The notes beneath the pieces are model-generated. The model saw nothing but the letters and a program-made list of their open reading frames with translations, was not told the origin of the DNA and ran no database searches. Made by a program: the position numbers and the translations under genes. Of a stretch of DNA of 64,000 nt, positions 28,041-39,065 are shown piece by piece. This DNA comes from Zygnema circumcarinatum SAG 698-1b (lineage: Eukaryota > Plantae > Zygnematophyceae), in the NCBI GenBank assembly GCA_037447605.1, contig CM074805.1, forward strand, positions 1,583,361 to 1,647,360, read 5' to 3'. Position 1 is the stretch's first letter. Every line of letters begins with the position of its first letter.

Positions 28041-28918
28041 GCAGTAGTTAAACCTCTCTTACCAGTGCAGGCTCGAGCCGACACTGCACTGCATACTGGT
28101 TCTGGAGAGCTTTCACCGAATGCCACCTTTGTATAAAAAGTAGATGTGCTCTTTCGGGTTGCACCAAATTCTACGCGAGCTTTTTCTAGAGCCGCTGTCT
28201 AACCTTTGACCTTCTCGGTGAAAGTCTTATCTTGCGTAGGTGGTGGCCCATGTCCTCGTGGTTCTCGAAGCCACTCACATTCCGAACTTTGCCACAGACG
28301 GCAAGCAATCGACACTTTTGGTTTCCAAGGCGAGATCTGTGACATGGGGCCGAATTGACACAGGCACTTTGAGCCACCTGACCCTTCTTCTAATCAATGA
28401 TGAGAAAGAAAGGCGGGTTTGTCCAGCAGAGCATAAGGTTGGGAATCGCTGAATCTGCTAAAGAGGGAATGGATGAAATCAACTCGGGCATGTGCTCAGA
28501 TTAGACACCCTCACGCAATAAAAGGGTCATTATATTGCTAAACCCTAAATTTAGAGGTGAAGCTGTCCACATCATTCTGTAATGTCAACATGAACCGAAC
28601 GCATTCATCTTCAATGTCCGTTAGACTCGTTTTTTACAGAAAGTGCTCCATTTCAACAATTAGCCCTCTTCACTAAGCAGAGGCCATATCAGTGCAACTG
28701 CTACTTCTTAAGGACGGGAGATGCTGTTTGTGCGGGGGAAGCAATGCCATTATTGACTGCCAAGTGAGAACTACACCTAGGAGGAAACTGCGCCCCATGT
28801 CTCTGCTTGAGGGCGAGACCAGTGCTGAACTGCGCAAGTGGAGAACATAACTTAGCGGCGCGAGGCAACCTTTATGTTTTTTTTTTCTGCTTATTGCTGC
28901 TAGTGAGCAAACAAATAA

Positions 28919-31225
28919 TCAAAGCTTGTCCAAGAAATCGAGTATGATTTCACACGTTTGCTCCGGCTCCTCCACATGCGGGTAGTGCCCCACTTTGGCG
29001 ATGATCTCATACTTCACCATCCGCGTTGATTCCAGGACTCTCGCCAGCTCGTGCGCTTCTTCCAAAGGATTCGCAAAGTCAGGGTCCTTCTCTCCAAATA
29101 TAAAGAGCACAGGGCACGCCACTTTCCCCACCGCCTGCACACGTGAAAAAAAAACGAACCTCCCGTTATGAAGGGGCGGGCCGCCCTGCAGGGGAGCGAG
29201 CAGCCATGGCCGAGCTTGCGGAGCCTCAACACGAAGGTGCCCCTACCTCAAAGCAGGGCTGCTTGCTCCCACGTGCCAGTTCCGCCACAGCCCACAGGCG
29301 GCCCGGCTCATTCAGGGACATTCTCAAGGCGGCCCCATACTCTGGCAGGTCGGCGGGAGGCTTGCACTTGAAGAGGGACTTGTAGAAGGAGACCCATGCG
29401 GCCATGCCCCACGGCCATGCAAACAGCACGTAGCTGAGCGGCCGAAACCACAGATCCTGCAACGGGCCACATTCGGCTTTCACAATTAGGACTGTTGGGC
29501 TACTGGGCGGGGGCTTCATTCTTAACGAGGTTTGGAGGTTGACATATACTTGCAAGTTCGACTGATAGTGGGGTCACAATTCGGTTGCCGCCTTAGATAA
29601 TGTACTGACTTTGTGCAGACCCCTCACAGGCTAAGTGAAAGGAGCAAAAGCGCAGTTAAAAACGACTCTCTTTGACAAGGCCTGGCCATCCAGACCGAAC
29701 TGCGCCCTGCTATTAAATCCCGGCCACTTCCTTGCCCTCTAAGTTAAAGTCTGAATATTGTCCCGCCCTGCGGGAGCCATGCATGCGGAGCACGTGCGTT
29801 TGCACACAACGCTGCTCTGCGTGGTGAGGGGAGAGGGCGTACCTGAGGGAAGTCGCGAGCAACTGGCGCGAGGCCAATGACAGCCTTCACGAGCGCTGGA
29901 CACACGGTTGCCACTTTCAGTATAGCGGCCCTGAAGGCAACAACAACAACAAACAAGTACTACGTAAAAGGGTAAGGATAATATTCCATAAGGAGCTTCT
30001 CTTGTCTTAAGCGATTTTCTTGCCAACACAGTTTCCTCGGACAGTTGTCCACATCAGGGCCTGGAAGAGGCGTCTCCTTGCCTTCAATGCAAGTGAACGA
30101 GAGAGAGATAGAGAGAGATTCAAAAGCATGCAATATAGACTTATACTCTCCGAAAGAATCATCCTCCTTCAAAGACTGAATTCTATGCAACATTTGACAA
30201 CGATAGGTCGTCGGGCTATAGCTTTACGGCGTGCAGGAAGAAGTCAAACGAGGCGGTTCCGTGAGGTAAGGAAAGTCCCTTGCTAGGAAGTCTGCGTGCC
30301 TTTGGTCCCTTGACTGCATACACGAGGCTGCAACCAAGCTACGAGAGAAAATGCACACATGTGCGATAGCCAGGATGACAATCACGCGGCTAGGCATGGA
30401 AGTTGACAAAATAGACATACCCTGAAAGAGAGTTTCCAACAAGAATCACGGGTTTGCCGACACCGAGAAATTTGAGAATGACGGCAACGTCATTGGCCAC
30501 ATCAAGGGGCGAATAGGAAAGAAACCCGGCGGACGACTCCCCGTGGCCCCGCAGGTCGGCAAGGAGCACTCTGTGGCCCTGCAACCCTCCTCCACATTGC
30601 ATTTTTTTTTTGAAGACTTCGGCTTCGCATTCAAGATTCGTAAGCATCGGCCCGCTGCGCAACTGCCGCACTTGCAATCAGGTTTTCGTGCGCTGTTATA
30701 GTAAAGAAGCAGCTAAACAAGCTGTGCCGGACCCCCCAAAAAAATCCCTTATGAACGGTCACACCTTCTTAGCAAACAGGAAAGCTAAAAACATGGAGCT
30801 GAACTCACAGCTGCATACAGAAGCGGAGCCAGGAAACGGTAGCTCTGCCGGAAATCGCCCATGCCGGGCAGCAGCAAAAAAGTCTCCGACGACTTGCCCG
30901 GATTTCTGGGCACTCCGCTATCCTCCACTGCGATGGCCCCCGCGGAGTGTATGGCCACATCCTGCATGACGCCATCGCCACTCCATCAGCTTCCGGAGAG
31001 ATTACATCCATCCCCTCCCATTCCAGCCCATGTCTCCGTCTCCTTCCCCCCCTTCACCACACCTGCCCCTCTCCCCCTTTCCGCCTCCCTCTCCCCCTCC
31101 CCTGCAGGCAGAGTCCCCTCCCTTCCCCTCGCCCCCCCCCCCCCCCCCCCNNNNNNNNNNCCCCCCCCCCCCCCGCCGCGTGCCTTGACGGAACCGTCCT
31201 GGAAGACAGGCGGGAGCGGCGCCAT
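28919..31225 (-). CDS. Alpha/beta-fold hydrolase, 288 aa, resembling bacterial Abhydrolase_1/6 proteins
   Basis: Exons 31225-31184 (GC donor), 30961-30809, 30578-30421, 29930-29843, 29456-29247, 29134-28919 total 867 nt, in frame. Motifs LLPGMGDFRQSYRFLAPLL, DLRGHGESS, nucleophile elbow GNSLSG, acid GEKDPDF, His GHYPH. Confidence 0.88.
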
Positions 31226-31349
31226 GGCGGACGGGACCCCCTCCCCTTCCCCCTTCGCCCAGCAGGAGGGCGGCCAGCACGCCCGCATCCTCCCTCCCTC
31301 CTCCCTCCCTCCCTCGCACGCGCGGGGCCTGAAGCAGGGGGGGCGCGCC

Positions 31350-31398
31350 TGACGTCACGCATATGCTTTTGTGACGTCGTTACTATGGTTCCGTACAG
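31350..31398. promoter_or_regulatory. P1BS (PHR1-type site GNATATNC) flanked by TGACGT motifs in a divergent promoter
   Basis: GCATATGC at 31359-31366, TGACGTCA at 31350-31357, TGACGTCG at 31372-31379 and CCGTAC at ~31390. It lies between the hydrolase ATG (31225) and the PHT1 ATG (31544). Confidence 0.7.
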
Positions 31399-31543
31399 TC
31401 CCGCGTGAAACCGGAGAGGGAGTAGAGAGGGGGGAGAGGGAGAAGGTGAGGGTGAGGGAGAGGAGAAAGAGGGGGGGAAGGGGAAGAGGGTGGAAGAGAG
31501 ACAGCGAAGGGAGGGAGGGGGGAGGGAGGGAAAGAGGGTCGCC

Positions 31544-31675
31544 ATGGCGCGGCGCAACATCCTGCGGGCGCTGGACGCGGCGAAGACGAGCGCGTACCAC
31601 TTCACGGCCATCGTGATCGCCGGCATGGGCTTCTTCACGGACGCGTACGACCTCTTCTGGTGCGCGCTCTGCTCC

Positions 31676-31707
<32 letters not shown>

Positions 31708-34207
31708 GCTTGGTCTGTCAGCCGTTAGCTGGAGAAACCCCGTGCTCGCCTTTTAAGCCGACCGCCTCTATTGCATGCAGCATTTCCACAGTGACGAAGC
31801 TTTTAGGGCGGCTCTATTACTACGATCCCTCAACAGGGAAGCCCGGGTCGCTACCGCCGAGTGTTTCCATGGCCGTCACAGGCGTTGCGCTCTGCGGTAC
31901 TCTGGCTGGACAGGTGGTTATCACCTAGTCCCCTCCTCTCTGCAAATATTTCCCAGTGCAGAAATGTATCATTTTGCGGGCGGCTTGGCTTTTTTTTTTT
32001 TTTCTTTACTTTTCTAATTATGACATGAATAAACTTTATAGTCTTAATAAACTGCGCCCAAGTAGTCTTTAATACTTGCTCCATCAGTCCTTGCTCAAAT
32101 CCTTGTGTCCTTTAAGAAACGTTACTTGGCCTATGCCCGAATCACCGCAGGTAACGCCTTTCACATGGCTGACGGAACGATAAACAAAAGTGTGAGATCA
32201 AAGACTAATTGTTGAGCGCAAATAATTGTGCAGCTCTACTTCGGATGGCTTGGAGACAAACTGGGGAGAAAGACGACCTACGGCATTACTCTATTGCTGA
32301 TGATAAGCTGCTCCGTCGCTTCTGCCCTCTCCTTTGGTCACTCTGCCAAGGCAGTTATGACTACTCTCTGCTTCTTCCGCTTTTGGTTGGGCTTTGGAAT
32401 TGGAGGCGACTATCCCCTTTCAGCCACCATAATGTCAGAATACGCAAATGTGAAAACTCGAGGCGCCTTCATCGCTGCAGTTTTTGCGATGCAGGTGAGC
32501 CTCGCGTCGTCATGTCTTTTGATGTCAGCATTGCCGCATAAAAAGCTAGCTTACTTCTCCTTTGTATGCACTTTTTTCGTCTGTAAGAGCTGTTCTTTAC
32601 ACCTCCAGGAGGGAGCTGCGGGGGACAGGGTATCGGGATTTTGTGTGCTGCTGGTGTCTCTATTATAGTTTCCGCTATCTTTATGAGGGCTTTTGACAGT
32701 CCCTCCTTTGCGGAGGACCCCGTGGCATCAACTCCTCCTGAAGCGGACTATGTGTGGCGGATTGTCTTCTTGGTCGGAGCATTTCCTGCTGCGCTTACTT
32801 TCTACTGGCGGATGCAAATGCCAGAAACGGCGAGGTACACCGCCCTGGTGGAGAAGAATGCAATGAGAGCTGCTGCAGACATGGCGGAGGTCGGTCATGT
32901 CACTCACTTTTGCCAATATCAAAGTCGGGACACCATGTCACTCTTATGGGAGCGTTCAATGCTTGTTAGAATACTCCTCGAGCTGCTTGTGAGGTGAGTG
33001 TGGGTGAAGGGGAGAGGACGAGTGATAACGAATAGGTGTTGGGAGAGCAAGGAATTTGGGTTAATTTTTTTGCAGTTGGAAGGGGGATGCAGGTTCTTAA
33101 GGTGGATTTGAAGGAGTTGGATGGACCCGTCCTGACTGGCAAGCTGGAGTATTCCCTTTTCTCGCGAGAGTTTTTGCGGCGCCATGGCTGGCAGCTTTTG
33201 GGCACATGCTCCACGTGGTTCTTTCTGGACATCGCATACTACAGCCAGAACTTGTTTCAAAAGGACATTTTTACAGCGGTTGGATGGTTGCCATCCGGCA
33301 GGTCTATGAGTGCGATCGAGGAGGTCTATAAAATATCTCGCGCACAGGTAAAGTTGCCAGATTGAAAACTGATTGACTTCTGCAATTGAAAGATGTTGTA
33401 TCTCCTTCAACATTTTTCACGAGCTTGCTTGCTCTCTGACGTTATGCTGCAGGCATTGATCGCACTTTCTTCTACTGTACCTGGCTACTGGGTTACTGTA
33501 TTTACGGTAGATTGGCTCGGTCGATGGATCATTCAGTTTCAGGTACGAGTCATTCTGGATTAATGCATTCTTGAAGCACCCTGAATCTGTGTCGTGATCT
33601 CTGCTTTTGTTCACCATTTTCACGGAAGTTGTCAGAAACAGTTTCTTATCTGTTTGTCTGCCTGCAGGGATTCTTTTTCATGACTGTCTTTATGTCCATA
33701 TTGGCCGGAAACTATCCCAGTTTCAGAGGTGAGAAATGTCCTCAACCCAATGCACACGAGCTTTGCGGTGGAAATCCACTCGCTTTCGCCGTCCTTTATG
33801 GCTTCACCTTTTTTTTCGCTAACTTTGGTCCCAACTCAACGACTTTTATTATTCCTGCCGAGCTTTTCCCGGCTCGCTTGCGATCTACATGTCATGGACT
33901 CTCTGCTGCTGCTGGCAAAGCCGGAGCCATAGTTGGGACATTCGGTTTCTTATATGCAGCGCAGTCGAATGATCCATCCAAGTTCCCCGTTGATCCCGGC
34001 TACTCGAAAGGGATTGGATACCAGTATTCGCTAATGATATTGGCTATTACAAACGTTCTAGGGTTGTTCATGACGTTCTTTGTGCCAGAAACCCGCGGTA
34101 AAGCGTTAGAAGAGCTGTCAGGAGAGTTGTATGATGAAGAGTCTGATGAGGTCGAGGAAGAAAGTGGTATCGACGACGACGAGTACCCATCTCATGAGTA
34201 CATTTGA
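31544..34207 (+). CDS. PHT1: PHT1-family high-affinity inorganic phosphate:H+ symporter (MFS), 551 aa
   Basis: Exons 31544-31659, 31781-31913, 32234-32494, 32629-32889, 33093-33347, 33453-33542, 33668-34207 total 1656 nt. Motifs [21 protein letters not shown], signature [53 protein letters not shown]. Confidence 0.97.
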
Positions 34208-34860
34208 TGGAAGCCGCTTGTATGCCAACTTAATATTCTTGAAATCTCATCTACAAATAAAGAGGCGGTGTGGAAACTGCTAATGCCCACGGACCTGTGG
34301 GCTCAAGTTTTGTTCAAAGTCCGGAGAGTGTACAGTCGCAGGTGTTGGCTACAGAGCTGACGAGAAGGGCAATAAGTGTTTGTGAGGGGAGGAGTCTCAA
34401 GCCATTACTGAGTTGGTGACGTAGTGAGTTCTAAATGTAGGAAGCGGCTGGCAGGAAGGGCGGCGCACAGGTGTTTATTTGATGTAGGGGTTGAAGTGTT
34501 GGAGCAATGTTGACTTATTTTTTAATGTACAAATTATGCTGCTGTGTCAAAGGTGTGAGCTCTCGGTGTTCTGAAAGTACTTGTGCATTCATGTCAGTTG
34601 ACTTCCTTCCCATCTTGACATGCTGCTTGCCAAAAGCAGACCGTTCCAGCATGCATGGGACAGAGGGAAGTCTGGCCATTCAGTGATAGGTAGACTGCAG
34701 ATAATGAACTCATATCTTCAATTTCTTTTATGATTTGGGGTTCTAAGGGTTTTGGGGGGCCTGGATATTACACACTCTTATTACACTTGGTTCCCAGAAG
34801 ACCTCAAGGTGGTTAAAAACTTTCTTCCACGAATGTTGTCTGTGGCCGAGTTTCACATAA

Positions 34861-34993
34861 TAGGGGGTCTCAAATTTAACAATATGTTTTACACCAGAAC
34901 GACTACTTTGGTGACATCGCGAACCCTCCCCCCAGAGGAGTACTTCCGTAACTTTCCTTCTCGTCAAATTTTGTTAAAGTCTGGGACCCCCTA
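34861..34993. mobile_element. 133-bp MITE-like element, TA-flanked, with GGGGGTC termini
   Basis: TA-GGGGGTCTCAAATTTAACAA at 34861 versus the reverse complement of the right end TA-GGGGGTCCCAGACTTTAACAA (2 mismatches, 1 gap). The flanking TA fits a Tc1/mariner-type TSD. Confidence 0.55.
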
Positions 34994-35331
34994 ATGCCAA
35001 GGACTTCTCACATTGTATGTACGAGCCAGAGCAGTGTAGACGATGTCACTCCAACAGAGTCGAGGAACGTAAGCAAAAAAGTTGCAGTTTTTGCGATTTT
35101 GCACGGCATTTCTTGCGGAAGGAATTGAAACAACGAAGGCGGAAAAACTCAGATCTCATCCTATACTTGTGGATGACTGGAAAGGGAGAATGGAAGTGGC
35201 ATTGATCTCACGATGGCGATGCTGCCATCAAGGGAAAGGAAAGGAAAGGTGGAAAGGTGTTTCGTTATGGCGATAACAAAACATCAACAGATGACATCGC
35301 TTCCTTTCTCCTTCGTCGTCCAAACGCCCTT

Positions 35332-37555
35332 TTAGTCCCCTCGAGGGAGGAGACGAGTCAGCTGCTGAAGGAAGGTCGCCGCGTCTTCTTGGCTTTGTGC
35401 AATCAGCCGGACTCGCAGCACCACGAAATCAAGGAGGAGTTGGACAAGACTGACTGCGTCCATGCGCGGAAAATCTGCGTCACGTGGAATGGTGTACAAC
35501 TCAACTGAATGTCGCACACAAAGACTGCCTCCAATCGCCTCTGCCATAATACTCTGTTCAAATACAAACCGATTCGTCGGCATTATTTGCACTTGTGTTG
35601 TTGAGCAAGCCTTTTGAAGATCAATGCAGGATTCTTTTGTCTCTGAAGGTAAATGCTGAGTAATGATTTACAAAAGACTGGAAAGCAGACCGCAGGCTGT
35701 AGGATTGTGGGTTGTCACCTCCATCGGAGCCGCTCCTATCCTCTCCATCGCCTTCACTCCCAAGGAGGGCGGACAGTACGTCCACAAAGATAGAGTCGGA
35801 CGAGCTTGTTGCACTCGTCACAGGAATGCTGGTCAGTACGTCTGAATTTGAGACAATACGACCTGTGCCCGAGGAAAATGGGTTTGCATATTCACTGGCA
35901 GCCGCATTCGTACTTGTGCTGCTTGCTAAAGCTTCTGCCAATTGCTGAGCATTAGGACGAGCGGGAAAGTCGTTGCTGTTTTCGTTAACCTGCGGGTGGA
36001 AAAAAGGGATCGTCAATGGAGGATAGTGCCCTTTTTATCTTCCTTTCACCTATGATCGATATGTGCTTTCATATACCTTTAGCTTCAGTGCTTTCAAAAG
36101 CTCTAACGGAAAACGACTAGAAACCAGAGACTAAGGGTGCGGATGTGCGATGGGGGCTCTATCCATGGAGGCACTTCACGGCATACAACATTTCCCTCTG
36201 CACCTGTGTCCCGCCAATACGAAGTGAACAAACGACCTGCGGGCAGCCACCAGGCTGATCGGCTGGCTTTGACCTTTGAATCTGTGTGCGCGTGTCCGCA
36301 TGAGGGAGGGAGGGAGGGAGGGAGGGAGGGAGGGAGGGAGGGAGTGCGCCAACCATGTCCGGTTCAGTGGTAGAGGGCCTGCTGGGTCCGAGTGCTTGAA
36401 CCAAACTCGTGATCGCCTCATTGTAGTCCAACAGTTGCGACGATGACGTGGTAGTCACTGAGCTGAGGTCAGCCTGTGCGCGACAATATCAGGCTGTGGA
36501 CTTCAGACCACGTTTTAGAATGCACTGAAAATTTGGATAAAAGGAGAAACCAAACGATGAGTCCGTTTGCAGCAATTAATAACACTGCTCGTACATGAAA
36601 AGAACAAAGCGTTTGGATTTGCTTCACTGGAGCCTTAAACGAGCAGAGTGAGCTTACAGTGAGTGGTGCAAAATTCGTAATGATTTGAGCATTTTCCATT
36701 ACGGTAACCCGAACAACATAGCCACTTGAATTCGCGAGAATCCCGTTGATCAGTTGCGGGGATGCAGTCACTTCCCCAACGTACGGTTGTTGACGGGACG
36801 ATGGAGCATTGTTAAGTCCGCCGTACAGCACTATTTCAGGAGTTTCAAAGGGGACTGCTTAAGACCCAAGATGATGTACACCTACGTGAGTTAAGCGGCT
36901 GCCACGAATAGATACAAGGGCTAAAGATAGCTTTTCAGATTTCCCAACAAACCTCGGGCATTATTTGCCCTTTTGTGTAATGAGGAAAAAAAACCCCAAA
37001 AAAAAATAAGGGAGTACAAGCCTCTCCTTAGGCATGCTGCTTACTAGGAAGAAGTAAAAAGTACCTGCGGAGTTTCCACTGTTGCGGTAGATTCCGGTGG
37101 AAACTGGTTGTGTGTCCGAGGGAAGGCCGCTGAGGATGTAGGAAATGAGTCCGGTTCCCGCAGCAGCCGAAATGGAGGACAGCCCACTCGCAGCTTGGTC
37201 ACCAGTACCTTCGAACTGAACACGGCTGAAAAAAACTCTACGAGTTTCCGGAGATGGGATCCCGTCCTGACAAACTGCAAAAAACGAAACAAACATTCAG
37301 ATGTTTGGCATGTCAGACAAAAAGCCCTTAATGTGAGTAGCAAAGGCACAAAGTTAAGCTGCAATGTGCCGCAGAATGACTAAACGAGTAATAACATAAG
37401 TACAGCACCGACTCCTTCTAACCAACAATAAAGCACAAATGCAAACTCGGCGTCAGCTGAGTACAGTATGCTAAAAAATCCCGCTCACCTGCAAGCGCGA
37501 ACAATGCCATGGAAACCACGAGTATGCAGCATGTCCTCCTCAAAGAATAAGCCAT
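35332..37555 (-). CDS. Putative secreted protein with a degenerate CHRD-like domain, a Ser/Thr-rich linker and an unknown C-terminal module
   Basis: Signal-peptide-like exon 37555-37489 (MAYSLRRTCCILVVSMALFALA). Exon 37274-37065 (..GLISYILSGLPSDTQPVSTGIYRNSG). Exon ~36852/36830-36660 (..VGEVTASPQLINGILANSSGYVVRVT). Further coding-like segments at ~36460-36355, ~35985-35690 and ~35570-35332 (IPRDADFPRMDAVSLVQLLLDFVVLRVRLIAQSQEDAATFLQQL). 3' junctions not fully resolved. Confidence 0.6.
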
Positions 37556-39065
37556 AACGGTAAAAGCGTACGAGCAAGACAACACGCACTCACCGAGCGA
37601 GCTATTGCGCGCCGCCCGCGCCTCCGAGGGGCCTTTAAACCCGCGGGTCGCCGACTCGCCGGTCGCGCCGTCTGATTCCCTCGCCCGCCGGCCATGCAGC
37701 GCCATGCAGGGCCGTACACGGTCCGCCGTGTCCGTACATCGGAGGACGCGCAGCGGCCCGTCGATGGGCGCTTTGTCCGTTCGCACGAGCGAGGCCGTTT
37801 GACCGGCGGCTGTCAACCGGCTTGCGGCGGTTTGGGCCGTATCGGTATCGGCTTCAGAGGTGCTGTACTGAGTACAAATATCACGATATACCGAGGGCGA
37901 TACTGCAGGCTCCGGTCTGGGGAGTGGACACAATCAAGCAAGACTAACTTGTTACACATCTCACACTAAAGAATGCGTTTTAGAAAGTGTTATCTTAAGT
38001 TATGCATCGCATTGCATGAAATGCCATGCAAGTTTGTTCACAGCCTGGTCAGCGATCGCTACAAGGCAAACGCCGACGAAACTGTTGCCAATTATTCATC
38101 AACAGCGGCATGCGAGGGATGGATGAAAGCTAAGGCTTTTTCAAAGTTTTTCAACAAGCGGTTGCCATACGAAGTAAAGCGAAAACCGCAGGTTAAAGCG
38201 GGTGGGCATTCAGGCCTGCCTTCCGATTTCAAATAGTGCAATCCGTCTGATGGCGAGTATATAGAAGCTACTTGATTCCCCATCGCCATATCTGAGCAGA
38301 ACATAAGGCAAACTCTCCATGAAAGTCCTTACGACGTATTCAACAGCAGACCAACAAACTAGTTGGTGCTGCCTTTAATTCAAATAAAGTGGCATAAAGA
38401 TCCATACGAGGTCCCTCGCAGAAGCAACTTTCTACAATGATTCCACTGCAATGGTCTCCGAAAAGAAATGTCTAACTTTTTTTCTGACAGCCACCGACTC
38501 CTACATCACGACCCGCGGCCTCTAAGGAAAAAGATAATATTGACAGACTTACCACTCACTCGTTTCCTTCTCTACCGCTACTGCCATCCCTAACACCTAC
38601 TTAAAAAATTTGAGATTGGTGTCACCAATTGGCAATGGTAGACAACATGGAACCGGACCCACCCAACCCTGCAACCTACCTCTCTCCCTGTCGCCCACCC
38701 TCCCTACTCTACATAGTTCACATGCGTGCGTTCCCGCTGCCTTATATACGCCTGAGAATTCGCTCGGTTTCTCGATCCAAAAACGGGGATTAATGACCGC
38801 CGTAATCCGCCCTCCATGCTGAAAACGTCATGACAAAGCAATACGCTTGCTTGCAATCTGTACAAATTGACGAGCTCCGACGGACCAGGCACCAAAGAGT
38901 AGGATCTCCATGAACAATAAGCGGAGTGATGAAGTGTTCCCACCTGGATAGCTCTGCTCCTACATCACTCGCCATGTCTAGAATATTCGGGAGACAATAA
39001 GAGAGCAGTTGGTGGCGGTGCGATAGTCCGAAAGCTACTGGAACTGTAGGAACCAATTTCCACTC

